Shown one piece after another: positions 26,320 to 39,300 of a stretch of 64,000 bases of DNA. The translations under genes and the position numbers were made by a program. Source of the stretch: Phoronis australis (Eukaryota > Animalia > Phoronida); NCBI GenBank assembly GCA_002633005.1, contig NMRA01000500.1, forward strand, positions 200,943 through 264,942, written 5' to 3'. Position 1 is the first letter of the stretch. Each line of letters starts with the position of its first letter. The notes below the pieces were generated by a model. It searched no databases. It saw only the letters and a list, made by a program, of their open reading frames with translations, and was not told the DNA's origin.

Positions 26320-29300
26320 CTGAAAGTTTTAGTGTCCAACCTTGCACATTTACCCAAGAACGAGTATTTTAAGACATATTTTTGTAAACATTTCCATGTG
26401 TGACACCCATAGGGCACATTTTCAGCTGGGACTATGGATTATCTCCCATGTGAGATTTTACTGACGTTTGGGATTAGCACCATAACATCCAGACAATTCA
26501 ATTATTGAATTAACGTGCCATTACTCATGTCATTTCAAAACCCCAAGAATGTTCGTGTCTGGTCTGCCTACAGTTGATATTCACAGTGACGCGCTCAAGT
26601 CAGGTAAAGATCTTCTTAGCAGTCCTTAGGTTACGGCACACCCATACCCTTTGTGCAAAAGTATGTGACTTTTAAATTCTGTCCATAAACATTATACTTT
26701 GTATCAACATTGTATGGTGTGAAAATATAAACTGTGATTTTCTTAGTCATTTACAGTTTTTAAGTCATACTTTTGACCTGTTACCATTTTGTTAAGATTG
26801 TTATATTTTGTATTACCGTACGGTATACCTATACTACAAACCTATTACCGTACGGTATACCTATACTACAAACCTATTACCGTACGGTATACCTATACTA
26901 CAAACCTATTACCGTACGGTATACCTATACTACAAACCTATTACCGTACGGTATACCTATACTACAAACCTGAAATCGATCCTCAATGATCGAAAATAAG
27001 GGGAAGCTTTGTGAGATGGCTTAAAGCCATTCTGCAATTAGAATTTTGCCATTGTAATACAGATATCACAGTTATTTTTGGTGTTAACTGAATTAGTCCT
27101 TATGACGGGAAAACAGCATTTTGTTTGTTTACTTTTTTCTTGTACCATGTTGTTCCTTATTTTGATTTAAGTGTACTTCTAAATGTAATATTTATACTTT
27201 CCGGTTAGAAATTATATACGGTTCAGACATTCAAGTGGTGTGCATAACAGATATGAGCGACTAAGCCTTGTTGTGATGACATAATATATGAACATTTTGT
27301 TAACATAGGTCACGGTACACTCGCACGATATCCCTGAGGAATCGGATTTGCAAGGTTAAACCTAACATTTATGCGAAAGAAATTGACAAAAACACATCTT
27401 ATTTTCAAAGTGTCGCCCAAAATTGAGAAAATAGTCACAAGTTTATGGAAAATGTGATAACATTATGAGCATTTTTGTACACTTTTGGAAGTGATTGGAT
27501 GGCTGGAAAATTGCCCAAAGATGAGGATGAACATGGAAGGTTCCAAAATAGCGGAGTTGCAATGCCGCCATATTGGAAATGGGTCAGAATGTTGCATTGT
27601 GGTTAAGCCGGTAAACAAGTACGTCGGCAAGCGTGGGGGCGAACCGGCCACAGGGAGGTTATACGTGTTGTGTGCCTGGCATGCAATAATACCAGTTAGC
27701 GAGATAAAAAATTTAGTTACTACCTGTCTCCCAAGGATCAAGAACTGCGTTAAACATGGGTCAGAGACATTAGTAGAGATGGTAGCAAAGGACGACTTTG
27801 TGAATTCTTTCCGACTTGGTAGCATAAAATATGCAGCGCTCATTTTGAGGGCGGCAAGAAAACGTATCTTGGAAACTGCCCAACAATATCTCCCTTCAAA
27901 GAAACAGTAACAAAATACTCTACGGCGGTTGGTAGTGAAAAAAAAACTTGTTTTCGCTTGACCAGAACCAAGCCAACATGAGCAATTTTGAGGATAATGC
28001 CTCTGCACAATCACCTGTTCTGGGTCAACACACTTAACGTACGCTCACTATATGTATTTCGCGCTAGGATAAAGCGTGCAGAATATTATTATTTACTTTC
28101 TACAAAATTGTGGTGCATTGCTATCAAAATTCGTTGTTAAATTACGATCATTTTTCATAAAATTGTGTTGGAAGTCCCAGGGCGAAATCTTGCCGACAAA
28201 TGCGTAGCTGCCGGTCTCNCTGAAAGTTTTAGTGTCCAACCTTGCACATTTACCCAAGAACGAGTATTTTAAGACATATTTTTGTAAACATTTCCATGTG
28301 TGACACCCATAGGGCACATTTTCAGCTGGGACTATGGATTATCTCCCATGTGAGATTTTACTGACGTTTGGGATTAGCACCATAACATCCAGACAATTCA
28401 ATTATTGAATTAACGTGCCATTACTCATGTCATTTCAAAACCCCAAGAATGTTCATGTCTTGTCTGCCTACAGTTGATATTCACAGTGACGTGCTCAAGT
28501 CAGGTAAAGATCTTAATAGTCCTTAGGTTACGGTACGCCCATACCCTTTGTGCAAAAGTATATGACTTTTAAATTCCGTCCATTAACATTATACTTTGTA
28601 TCAACATTGTATGGTGTGAAAACATAAACTGTGATTGTCTTAGTCATTTTAAGTTTTAAAGTCATACTTTTGACCTGTTACCATTCTGTTAAGATTGTTA
28701 TATTTTGTATTACCGTACGTACGGTGTGCCTATACTACAAACCTGAAATCGATCCTCAATGATCGAAAATGAAGGGGAAGCTTTGTGAGATGGCTTAAAG
28801 CCATTCTGCAATTAGAATTTTGCCATTGTAATACAGATATCACAGTTATTTTTGGTGTTAACTGAATTAGTCCTCATGACGGGAAAACAGCATTTTGTTT
28901 GTTTACTTTTTTCTTGTACCATGTTGTTCCGTATTTTGATTTAAGTGTACTTCTAAATGTAATATTCATACTTTCCGGTTAGAAGTTATATACGGTTCAG
29001 ACATTTAAGTGGTGCGCATAACAGATAGAGGGACTAAGCCTTGTTGTGATGACATAATATACGAACATTTTGTTAATATAGGTCACGGCACTCTCGCACG
29101 ATATCCCTGAGGAATCGGATTTGCAAGCCTAAACCTAACATTTATGCGAAAAAAATTGACAAAAACACATCTCATTTTCAAACTGTCACCCAAAATTGAG
29201 AAAATAGTCACAAGTTTATGGAAAATGTGATAACAGTATGAGCATTTTTGTACACTTTTGGAAGTGATAGGATGGCTGGAAAATTGCCCAAAGATGAGGA

Positions 29301-29322
29301 TGAACATGGAAGGTTCCAAAAT
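26320..29322 (+). repeat. Direct duplication 26320-27549 / 28220-29322 across a single-N join (probably allelic overlap)
   Basis: Near-identical copies with scattered substitutions; copy 2 begins immediately after N28219. Confidence 0.85.
26811..26970. repeat. 32-bp minisatellite x5 (TATTACCGTACGGTATACCTATACTACAAACC)
   Basis: Units start at 26811, 26843, 26875, 26907 and 26939; each contains the palindrome TACCGTACGGTA. Confidence 0.95.
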
Positions 29323-29829
29323 TCTATGTGTAATTTATCTGGAAAGCAGTATTGTTGCAGGTTGGAAATAAAGATGTTGTACTGGTAATCAAAGGTTTAA
29401 TTTTCTTTTTTGTTATTTTCATAATTTGTCTTTAAAATTTAGAATTGCGTTAAGATTTTCATATTAATTTCACAAATCCTGTTTCATAATTTTTTGGTTG
29501 CCATACATGAATGTTCTGCAGTTGCTCAGTCATTTGTAAGTTGTCCCCCTTGTCGTTGTTGTCAGTATTAGAACACGGGACACAACTCCCATTTCTAAAG
29601 TGTCTAAAATAATATATGAAATCCTTACAAGTTTGTGATGTGACATAATATCCTATAGAAGTGAGATGTGTGCCAAAAGCACTCGAAGGCCATCGCTTAT
29701 CAGAGCTTGTGCACACAGTCGGGTATATTGTGATCGTAATCGTATCTATAAATGTGGACTTAGATTGCCATGGGTCACTCTCTTATTGATCTGTGGAGCA
29801 TAATTCTGACAGAGGAGAAATCATAGGTG

Positions 29830-29878
29830 ATGGAGACAAGTCAAGGAATTGATCTTGTGGAGGTTGAGCCTCTTCTAG
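29830..29878 (+). CDS. FRMD8: Candidate alternative first coding exon of FRMD8 (METSQGIDLVEVEPLL, phase 1)
   Basis: GTGATGG start context and G|GTCAGT donor; G+CT=Ala joins in frame to exon 33336. Confidence 0.35.
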
Positions 29879-32842
29879 GTCAGTACTCAAGTGAAAACTA
29901 TCTCTGATGGAGTGACTCAGTGATCTGTGGTTGTGTGATGTAGGCCTAAGGCTTGGACTTGTGGGTGGTTATATACTAGCTAGGATCCAGGATTCTCATC
30001 ATTGTTGTAGGATAGTTGTTTCTGTCATAAAACCTGCAAGTACTCAGAATAGACATGGGTCTCATTTTACAGTATCATTTGTTTCAGACATGACATGTTC
30101 AAGCAATCCATATTGATAGACATGATTACCAGGATGCACTTGTCATTTTGTGCCAAACCTTTTGGCTTTATACTGCTCAAGGGACTCCTCATTCAAAATT
30201 TGGTAGTGCAAATTTTGTTTGTTGCTATTTACTGTGAATGTATTGTCCAAGTTGCTGATGTCACTGAATGCACCACTGACCATCAACTCATCAAGTCCCA
30301 GTGCATCACTGCCCCTTGTGGAGCCTCACTGTTAACCTATTGCTCAAGTCTGTGACCAGACTCTGCTGTGTATTTGACCTGTTTTCGTGGCTGTGTTCAG
30401 TCTAGTGTGCACACTCAAACCCAACCACAAGAGCCTGGCCCAGACTGTCTCAGTGCAGTAGGGCTGATATTGTTTACTGACAACACTCTGTGTGAGCATT
30501 GAACTGCTACACCCATTCTATCTGGTGGATTCTCTTCCAGGCTTTTGCCTGATTGGTGTAAGTTAGTTGACTTCATTTTAGTTTGTGTTTTATAATCATA
30601 GACCAGCACCAGGCCACCAGGCCACCAGGGTAGTGTTCTGTCTGTTATAATTCAGTTCCTGAATGGTGTAACACACCTAGTAGTTATAGTATATTTAGTG
30701 TGTATATAGGGAACCAAGCTGTTCTTGATGTTGCCTTTAGTAGAAATACTGATCCCTGGGTTGTTATGTCAGAGTTGTATTTTGTATGCTGGTTACTGTT
30801 ACATTGGTGTGTATCTACTGTGCAATGTAATCTGGTAACACTAGAAGATGATGGCCCAGTGAAAAGTCCTCTTTCATGGTTGTGTATTCTCTTACAACCC
30901 ATTAGGCAAACACCAATGACAGTGCATGTCTTGGAAAACAACCTGAATTAGTTGAAGTTTCTTATGTTATGATGTGTGTAGCTTGAACCATATTATGCTA
31001 GCCTGTGTGGATATTTGTTTTGCATGATGTTGAATTGCAATTGCATCAAATCTCTCTCAAGCATTTCTCCTTCTTTTGATCTTTCCACGTATTTGTTGAG
31101 CAGCTCAGAAAAACTGAAGTGTTCAGACGCATTAATTCTATTAGATTACTTAGCAAGCTCGCCTGATTATTCGTCTACAGTAAAATCAATATCCTCTTTA
31201 GTTCTGATCAGTCCACTGATTATAGTTCTCTTCCAAATGCAAGAACGAAAGGTGAAGGAAAAGTTTTTTCCATTCTTAAATATTTTTGTTCCAGTTATAA
31301 GGGCGGCAAAAAACATTTGACCAACGTGACAAGGTAGTGTTGAGACTTGATTGCGTTCAATGTTTAATTTTTTTTGTTTACAAAAGCATTGATTTCATGT
31401 TTGCCTAATTGCCTAGGTCTGAAGTACATTTTCATGGATGGTTTCATTTTTGGTTTTTAAAAGCATTGGCAGTGTTTTAATTGACATTGACTAATGAAAT
31501 TACAGCCAGAATTTTAGGAGCAACGCTTCAAGAGCTCAATATTTTGGAACCAGTTGGTATTTAGTTCTTGTTTGAACTTACAAATTTTAGCTCATTTCAT
31601 TTTCGCAATCCCTGCATTTGTATTAGACCACCATTTTATGGGATGGGAGCATTAGTATAGTATGTGGGTGTGTGTAAAAGCCTGTTTGTTGACACAATTA
31701 TTTCCTTATAGCTAGGTATGTTTAACTGTTTACCACCAGACAGGTCAGTTGCTGGTACTTAAGGAGCTGGTTATTACAATCAGTTTGGAAATTTTCATTA
31801 CTCCTAATTATTCTTATCAGAGCCGGAATCTAATATTCACCTACTGTCAGTTTAAAAACAAATTTCATGTGAGGCTCTCAGGTTTTCATAAGTGTAATAA
31901 TGCTAAAACTAGTACAAAGGTCAAACTTTATCTTATTTACAGATGTTATTGCGTTGTTGAGTGCTTCTAGCTTTTTTAGTTATCAACAACCTGCTTTTTC
32001 AAAAGTCACACCTGGTTGTATTAAGAATGATTATTGGAATGTCATGGGAAATGTGATGCTGCGTTTTACAAGAATGAAACATTAGTATGAATTTGACCAT
32101 GATTTGTATTTAATCTTAATGTCATCTTCCTATGATTCCTTCAGTAACATGTGTGCCAAAAAATCTCAAGTACTACCATGTTAGCTATTAACAGACCTAC
32201 AACCTTTGGTCATACTCCCCCCTCCTAGTGTTAGCCAGTGGTCAGGAGTTACTTGATCTTGTAGTTACATAACGTATTAGGGTTTTCATACTGCTGGGTT
32301 CAGAATGTCTCATTTTGAAAGTCTGTTCATGGTGTTAAATGTTCTAGTCACTAATTTAGGAAACATGTATTGGACTTTCAACTCTTGTATGTATGTGTGA
32401 GAGGGAATGAAATTTTCACTCGCTTGTTTGAATTCATCTTTGTTGTATGCAAGCTGGGTTACCTGGGATGAATCTTTTGTCCACGGATATTTTGAGATAA
32501 TGGAATTTTTGTGTGAATGCGGTAGTTTCTTCAATTTAGAACGCAATATGAAAGAATAGTGAAAAATCGTTGTATCAAAGTCTCAACAAAAGTAAACTGG
32601 AGGAAAACTTTATTTTGTTATTTATACAGTTTATACTGTGGAATCGTCATCAACAACAAACACACAATTAAATGGAGCATTCTTAACAACATATTTAGCT
32701 TTTGAAAGTTGGCCGTTATTTTTGCTCTTAATTAGTTTGAATAAATCCCTGTAATTTTGTGGCATGGGCGTCACAAAGAATTTAAAACAATCCTGTGCAG
32801 TCTCTATCTGCTGGAAATCCCAATACAAGAATGCAGGACTAG

Positions 32843-32856
32843 ATTACCATGACAAC
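32843..32856. promoter_or_regulatory. RFX X-box-like motif upstream of the FRMD8 ATG exon
   Basis: ATTACCATGACAAC, close to the GTTGCCATGGCAAC consensus. Confidence 0.3.
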
Positions 32857-33337
32857 ACGTATTTCAGCGTGTCGCCCATGCCCCATGGTTATTGGCAGAG
32901 TGACTATTTCGTTCTTACTCTTTTTTAAGATGGTATCTATGGGCTCGTTGCTAATGGATCTATTTTTTAACATAGGTTATGTTTTATGACTGAATGCTGT
33001 CATTTCTAGATTGACATGAGTGTATTGATTGTTTAAAACTCAACCGGGTGTTTCTGTTCGTTTGTGGATGTCCATATACAATACAAGCCAGAAGCATTCA
33101 GATGAAATGAACTAGAATTCAAAATCATAACGGCCACGCGGAAGCCGAACTTATCGTCCGAATAGTCTTCCATTCTGATCGAGAATGAAGGGAGATTCAC
33201 AGGAAAGTTAATAACATAGTCAAGTCATATTGTAACTAGAATTTTGTTGCCCTAATAATTATTACCTCTCTTGATTATTACTTTTGTCTTATTCTGTATG
33301 TATAGTTTGTGTCATGCTATTATGGCTTATTTCAGCT

Positions 33338-36300
33338 ATGACAGATCTTGAACAGAAAACTCCACCTGAGCCCGCGACACCACCGGCCACCCCAGCTGAC
33401 CCTGTTGACATACAAACGCGACCTGACCCGGTCCCCGCTGCAGCCGCACGAATGGAGCGATCAGTTTCGCAAACTTCGGCCAACGAACGTAAGTATTCAC
33501 TGGATTTTCATCAGTGTTCGCATCAACTGAAAGACAGTTTTTTGCTAAAAGCATTAGCCATTTCTCAGTGACTTTTCTTTTTTTCTAACTTTTAATGCTC
33601 AGGTGCAGTATTCAGGCCCCGTACAGGGTTGTTTCCCACAGTCTAATTGTGTGGGGTCATACTGCTTTGTCAGTGGTGTGGTCTTGGCTAGGTATCCAGA
33701 ATACATTGTGCTGTGGTGTTATCTATTTTAGATTGAATTTTTTCCCCAATTGTTCCGGTATTTGAAGAGAATGGCTGGTATTTACTTTTTCAAGAGGGAG
33801 TGTAAACATAAGTGATATCGTCAACTGTTGTGATAACTAACTTTATTTCCATCCTGTCATGAAACTGTGCTGTTTATGGACGGTAGTCACACCTTTGTCA
33901 TTTCATTGTTGACCTCCAGTTAAACTTTTGTTGACCAGGTATTGTGACATCATCAGTGATGTTATTAACTTCCCGAAATTGAAACCACGTCACAAACATT
34001 TTGAATTAGTTTCTAACATTCTATTTCTATGAAATTATTCGACTGAGCTATGTACTAGATCGTGGTTATGCAGTTTACTTTAACTTGGTATTTTAATTTT
34101 GACTGTTCAGGACCCAGAATGAAAGGTAGGTTGTGTTTGAAGTTTGAAAAATTATCACAAATCTTTGTTTGAATTTTTAAGGGTAACCCTAGGTGCTTGA
34201 AAATCTGTACCCTAGATAGGTTTTCAACTCTCAGTTTCACAAATTAAGTGGTATTTTAAGTGAAGGGCTCACTTTCAACAAATCTTTTAGTTTGTGATAA
34301 AAAATCCAACTATCTTTGAAGCAGTTTGGGATTGCTACTTGTAAAAAAGTGTAATCATAGCATCTACTATTATATAATTACAGAAAAAGTAGTTGCCAAA
34401 GTGTCCTTTTCCTAAAATCCAAATTTTTGGAATTTTTATTGCAATCTGTTTTTGTTACTTTTTGGGTTGATGGTATTACACAGTGTTACGGTTGTTTGTG
34501 TGACCAGGCCAGCATTGGGTAAATTTTGTGTAGAACAAGTTGAACCAATTTGACCACTGTGGACTCAAGTACTGATATCTACCAGTCAACCAGTACAGGA
34601 TCTAACCAATGCACTTAATACAGACATGTGCATTTCCAGGGCATCATGTCAGGATAACCCAAACAAATGGGAACCTGGTTTTAATTGATTGCTGGTTTTA
34701 GGTTAACATGTTTTCATATCTGGAAGGGAAATGGGTATTATTTTGGTTTGACCCAGTAGCACATTTTTGTACTGCATGCTTGGTGTCTCTTGTGAATGTA
34801 GAGTGTTAAGTGAGCATTTCCTTCCGTTCCTCTTGTGGCCCTAAGACAAAGCTCAGAATTATGATAAAATGTACTGAAGAAATTGTGATAGTCTCTAAAT
34901 GTCCCTTGTCATGATAGCTATTGGTTTTACCATCAAAAGAAACTAAAATTTTACCCGAAGCACCCAAATTTTTGGAAGGACTTATCTGTGCTATGGTGAT
35001 GTTAAGAATGATCTGCATTTGGGGTGTTGATCATTTTCTATCTTGGCATGGAAAGGTTATCAAAACATAGTTTGTGTGTTGATCTGGTTGTCAACTTAAT
35101 ATTTAGCTAGTGAGAAAGAAGGAAGTCTCTCTTTAATTGCACATCTTTCTAAAGTAAACAACTTAATATAAGGTTCGTTAAAATAAATACTTCTCTTCCT
35201 GTCTGTATTCATAGATTTCATGCAGGTGTATTCAGTTTTTAGCTTCTAAGTGTTTTTTTTTTCAATTCTTTAGCGTATACTGTCATACGAGTATTGTATT
35301 CTGTCATGTCGATGCTCATTGCTCAATTTAGTACCCTCCCTCAATTTTGAGTGGCGTTTGTTAAATGTTTTGTGGAGTTTGTTAAGCGACCAACCGTGCT
35401 CATTTTAACACCCTCTCCTGACATTTGAAAAAATGTTCCTCGGACATCCATGAGACCCCACATTTTTATGAGCCATTCCCATGCAAATTTTTTTAAGTTT
35501 TCGAAATGCCGCATTTTTGACATTTCTTCACTGAAACAAATACACAAGGTGAGTTACGAGTTTCACGATTAATCACCCTCGTTTGACCTAAAAGTGGAGT
35601 TTATTGGAATTGCGGTATGCTATGGGCAACAGTCAGACTTTAAAAGGTCGCAAGAGTTTGTCCCAAACTTTTACCGTAAATATACTGCAAGGCAAGTCGC
35701 AGTTCAACAACAAAATACGGATTGTCCGGGGTATGTTTGTACAACTACCGTTTTTTGCATTTAAGTGAGTGGTGTGTAAATGTGTAGTCAGATGGGCATA
35801 TGTTTGACTTGTAGGCATTTGCACACTCGTGCTCAAATTAAACTATCCAAAAATTTTTGCACCATTTACATGGCAGAATATTGTACTTGATGATTGATAA
35901 CAGTTGCTAACCCATAGGTCTATTACAGGCATTGTTGTACTTTGTGTTCGCTTATCTCGGCAGATTTTGATAGGTTCAAGATTTTGATGCTTCATACTGC
36001 AACTTGTATTTGTTCTAATGTAGATTATTTTCAGTGTCAAGCCCAGAGTAATGTTTTTTTTCAGCCAATTCTTGATCATTTTGAAGATTTTATCCTGCAG
36101 TGATTGTTGATCAAGGCTCATACGATTATCCATCACTGTGTCATCTAAGTTCAATGTAGTTTCTCTCAAGCTTACGTAGGACAAAAAAGTTCCCATATTC
36201 GGGTAACTTCAGAACATTACGTCTCAGAAGTGCCTGTTCAAGCCCATATGAAACTTCCATACTGTGATTTATGCTCTCTTCTCCGATATGCTTTGTATGA

Positions 36301-39300
36301 ATTGTTTTTAAAATGCTCCACCTAAGCGTGGGGCCTTTACGATTTCCATGAAAAAAATCAAGAGTCGCATAAAACAAAGAAATAACGCAGAAAAGTTTGA
36401 GATTTCATCGTGAACATTTAAATCAAATGAAATTTGGTCATATAGGTGTTGATACCATACAGGTACCTTTCAAGAATGCGCTTTTCTTTTTTTTGCTGTT
36501 TACCAAAAGACATGGTCATATGACTCAATTAATGACAGATTTTAAAAAATCAAATCAAGTTCTAGAGGCATTTCACTTTCAGAAAATATATATTAATTTT
36601 TTACAAAGTTAAAATCTGTAGTTTTGTAGATATTTGGCCTTAAGGTGTTCACTACTATATATCTTGAACATCAATCTTGGTCTATGGAATGATAGAGCAG
36701 TGGTACATTTCATTTTTTTCCTTTTCAGCCATCGACATCGCCGTTTACTTCCCAGATGGAAGTGACATAGTTCTTAATGTGGAGAACGGGAAAAACAAGA
36801 CGGTGCAACAGCTTGTTGATTTGGTGGTGGCTGAAAAAGGGCTGCCTGCCCAGGCAAAGGAGGCCTTCGATCTCTGGTTCATATCAGCACATTTGGGTTT
36901 GTATTTTGCACCTGGTTGGCAAAGCCTTTGTAAAGGTGTACGGTAAAAATCATTTATTTTAGGGCCCAATATGCCGGACAAGTGGAATATCGCGTTGTCA
37001 AATCTTTCAAATATAAAGAAAAGTTTCTTTGTTTTAACATGCTTTATTTGGTACAACTGTAATTAATGAACAACTAGTTAATTTTTTTGGATTTGACACT
37101 GACCCTGCAGCGAGTCCTTCGAATGTAGAAAAATGGCAATTTTAACAATTACTTTTATCTCGAATTGACGATTTCATCCATAATGTTACTTCACAATTTT
37201 CAGTTGATAAAACATCATTTCATTTATCTTTGCCAATTGAGAATCAATCTGTGAGTTTACTTCTCATCCCTGATTGGTCCACCAAACCATGTGACGTGGT
37301 GTAAACAATTTTGCTTGCAAATGTCATACGGTAGTGGCTTTTGTTGATTTGAAAGCAAATTTTTTGAATATCATATAAACAGAGCAGACTTCATGGTTGA
37401 TTAGATTTTCAAATCACGGAAGAACAAATTCATGTCTTTTCAGCTCTGCAGTTAAAAGCAAATCACATTCCATATAGGCTAGCCATGAAGTGGCCAGACC
37501 TGCTGAGCAAGTACCTGAAAACAAACGACGACATTGACATAGGTAATGTATAAGTTATCTGAAGAATTTCAATGCATGATTGTAGAAATCTGTTTGTTTC
37601 AATAACAAAAGACATTATTGGGTTGCATGTTTTAAATACTTACAATCTTATAAGTGAACATAATATATTTTTTATCTTAGCGATATCAAAGGTTTCGGAG
37701 TTTGGCGTTGATGATCTTGTTAACCCATTATTGTTTTATCTGTTAGTGCAGATTCATGAACTGAAACCAAAACTATCTGAATATGCTATCCCCTTAACTC
37801 ATGGTTAATTATTGCGTTTCGCACACTTATCAGGCATCTATATAATTATTAATACTCTTAGCGAAATTCTGTAACGAATCACTAAAGCCAGGCTGATCAC
37901 ACCGCAATTGGAGAATTTTTACATAATTATTTATAAAATACAATCTTCAATTAATGGAGTGGCAGTGCCTCAACCCATTCTGCGTTCATTGCAGCTGCTG
38001 ATGAACCCGTGCTGACCTTTATGAGAAATGTTTACTTTACACAAGAACAAGAAGAACAGGTAGAAATCAACTTTTTATTTTCCAAAGGTTCACAGAAATG
38101 TGGAGTTGGTGTCAGTAAAAAGAAAAGATTATGGCATCAGAAAAAAATTCCTTGGAAATTTGGTGTTTACCATCGAGAAACTTTATTTTCATAATTTGAA
38201 TAAGTTTGAACTTGGGATCGTCCAGGATTTGGAAAAGTAGCATTCTGTTGCACCAAATGTGTTGTCTTTAAGGCTGCTATTTGTTAGCAAACCTATGTGC
38301 TTTACCTTAGGCTGTTTCAATTTCTTTATGAAGAGGACAGAATCTTTGCTGCACTGTTATTAAATTGTTATGCTGAACTTATTATAAGGTCAAGCTAAAG
38401 TCGCAAATAAACTTGATTCAATTTAGTTAGCAATGGTGAATCACACGAGTGAAACAATTAATGAATTTCATTTTGTTGCTGGCTGTAGCATAAAGAAACG
38501 CTAACCAGTAACTTTCTATACTAAACGATCAAAACGAAGGGTTCCATCCCAAAACCTACGCAAAAACAATGTTTTACAAAGATCCTGCTGTGTTGGGCTT
38601 TGAGGCTAAGTTTCGGGTTGGAAAAATTGGGTACTTTACCATTAAAATGGAATTTGCTGGCAAATCATTCATCTCTGTGATTATTGGGGCAAACAAGTTA
38701 GAAATACTACTTACAGTGATGATGTGAACATGAAGTGGCTTGAAAATTGCTAAATGTTTTCTGTGGTGAAAATGATTGTCGCAAATCACCGAACCATAAC
38801 CAGATAGTATCCTGACATGGTAATGATGAATAATTATAATACATGGTGTGGGCTATTTGACCCTGTGATAGTGCAATGGTCAGATATTTGCATGACTTTG
38901 TTGTTTTCTTTTCACAGTTACAAATTATCTGTGAATTCAACTGCGGCTATTTAATGTAGGATGCGTCAAATTAGCATTTCCATTTAGTTCCTGCTATTTG
39001 TTAGCATAGTTAGAAGCATGCAAATGCGTCTTTAAGTTGTTACAATTTTGTCAATCATGCAGGTGGTTGAATCTTTGCAGCACTGCAGCTGTTAAATAGA
39101 TAAGTTCTATAATTCAGCATTACTATATTCCCCTTTATGTATTGCAGCTGACTGATAATCAGATGATTGAGCTACTGTTTGCCGAAGCGAGGGCCAAGGT
39201 GGTGCAAGGAATGTACCCCTTTGATCCGCCACAGTTCATAGAGATGGGAGGGTTTCTGGCACTGCTTGATCAAGGAGCGTACAATCCGGCCACACACAAT

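Noticed and set aside
26811-26970. 32-bp repeats as a CRISPR array
   Set aside because: The units are contiguous with no spacers and the context is eukaryotic; it is a minisatellite.
27463-28014. 141-aa and 183-aa ORFs
   Set aside because: They lie in repeat/insertion sequence with no recognisable domain, and overlap on opposite strands.
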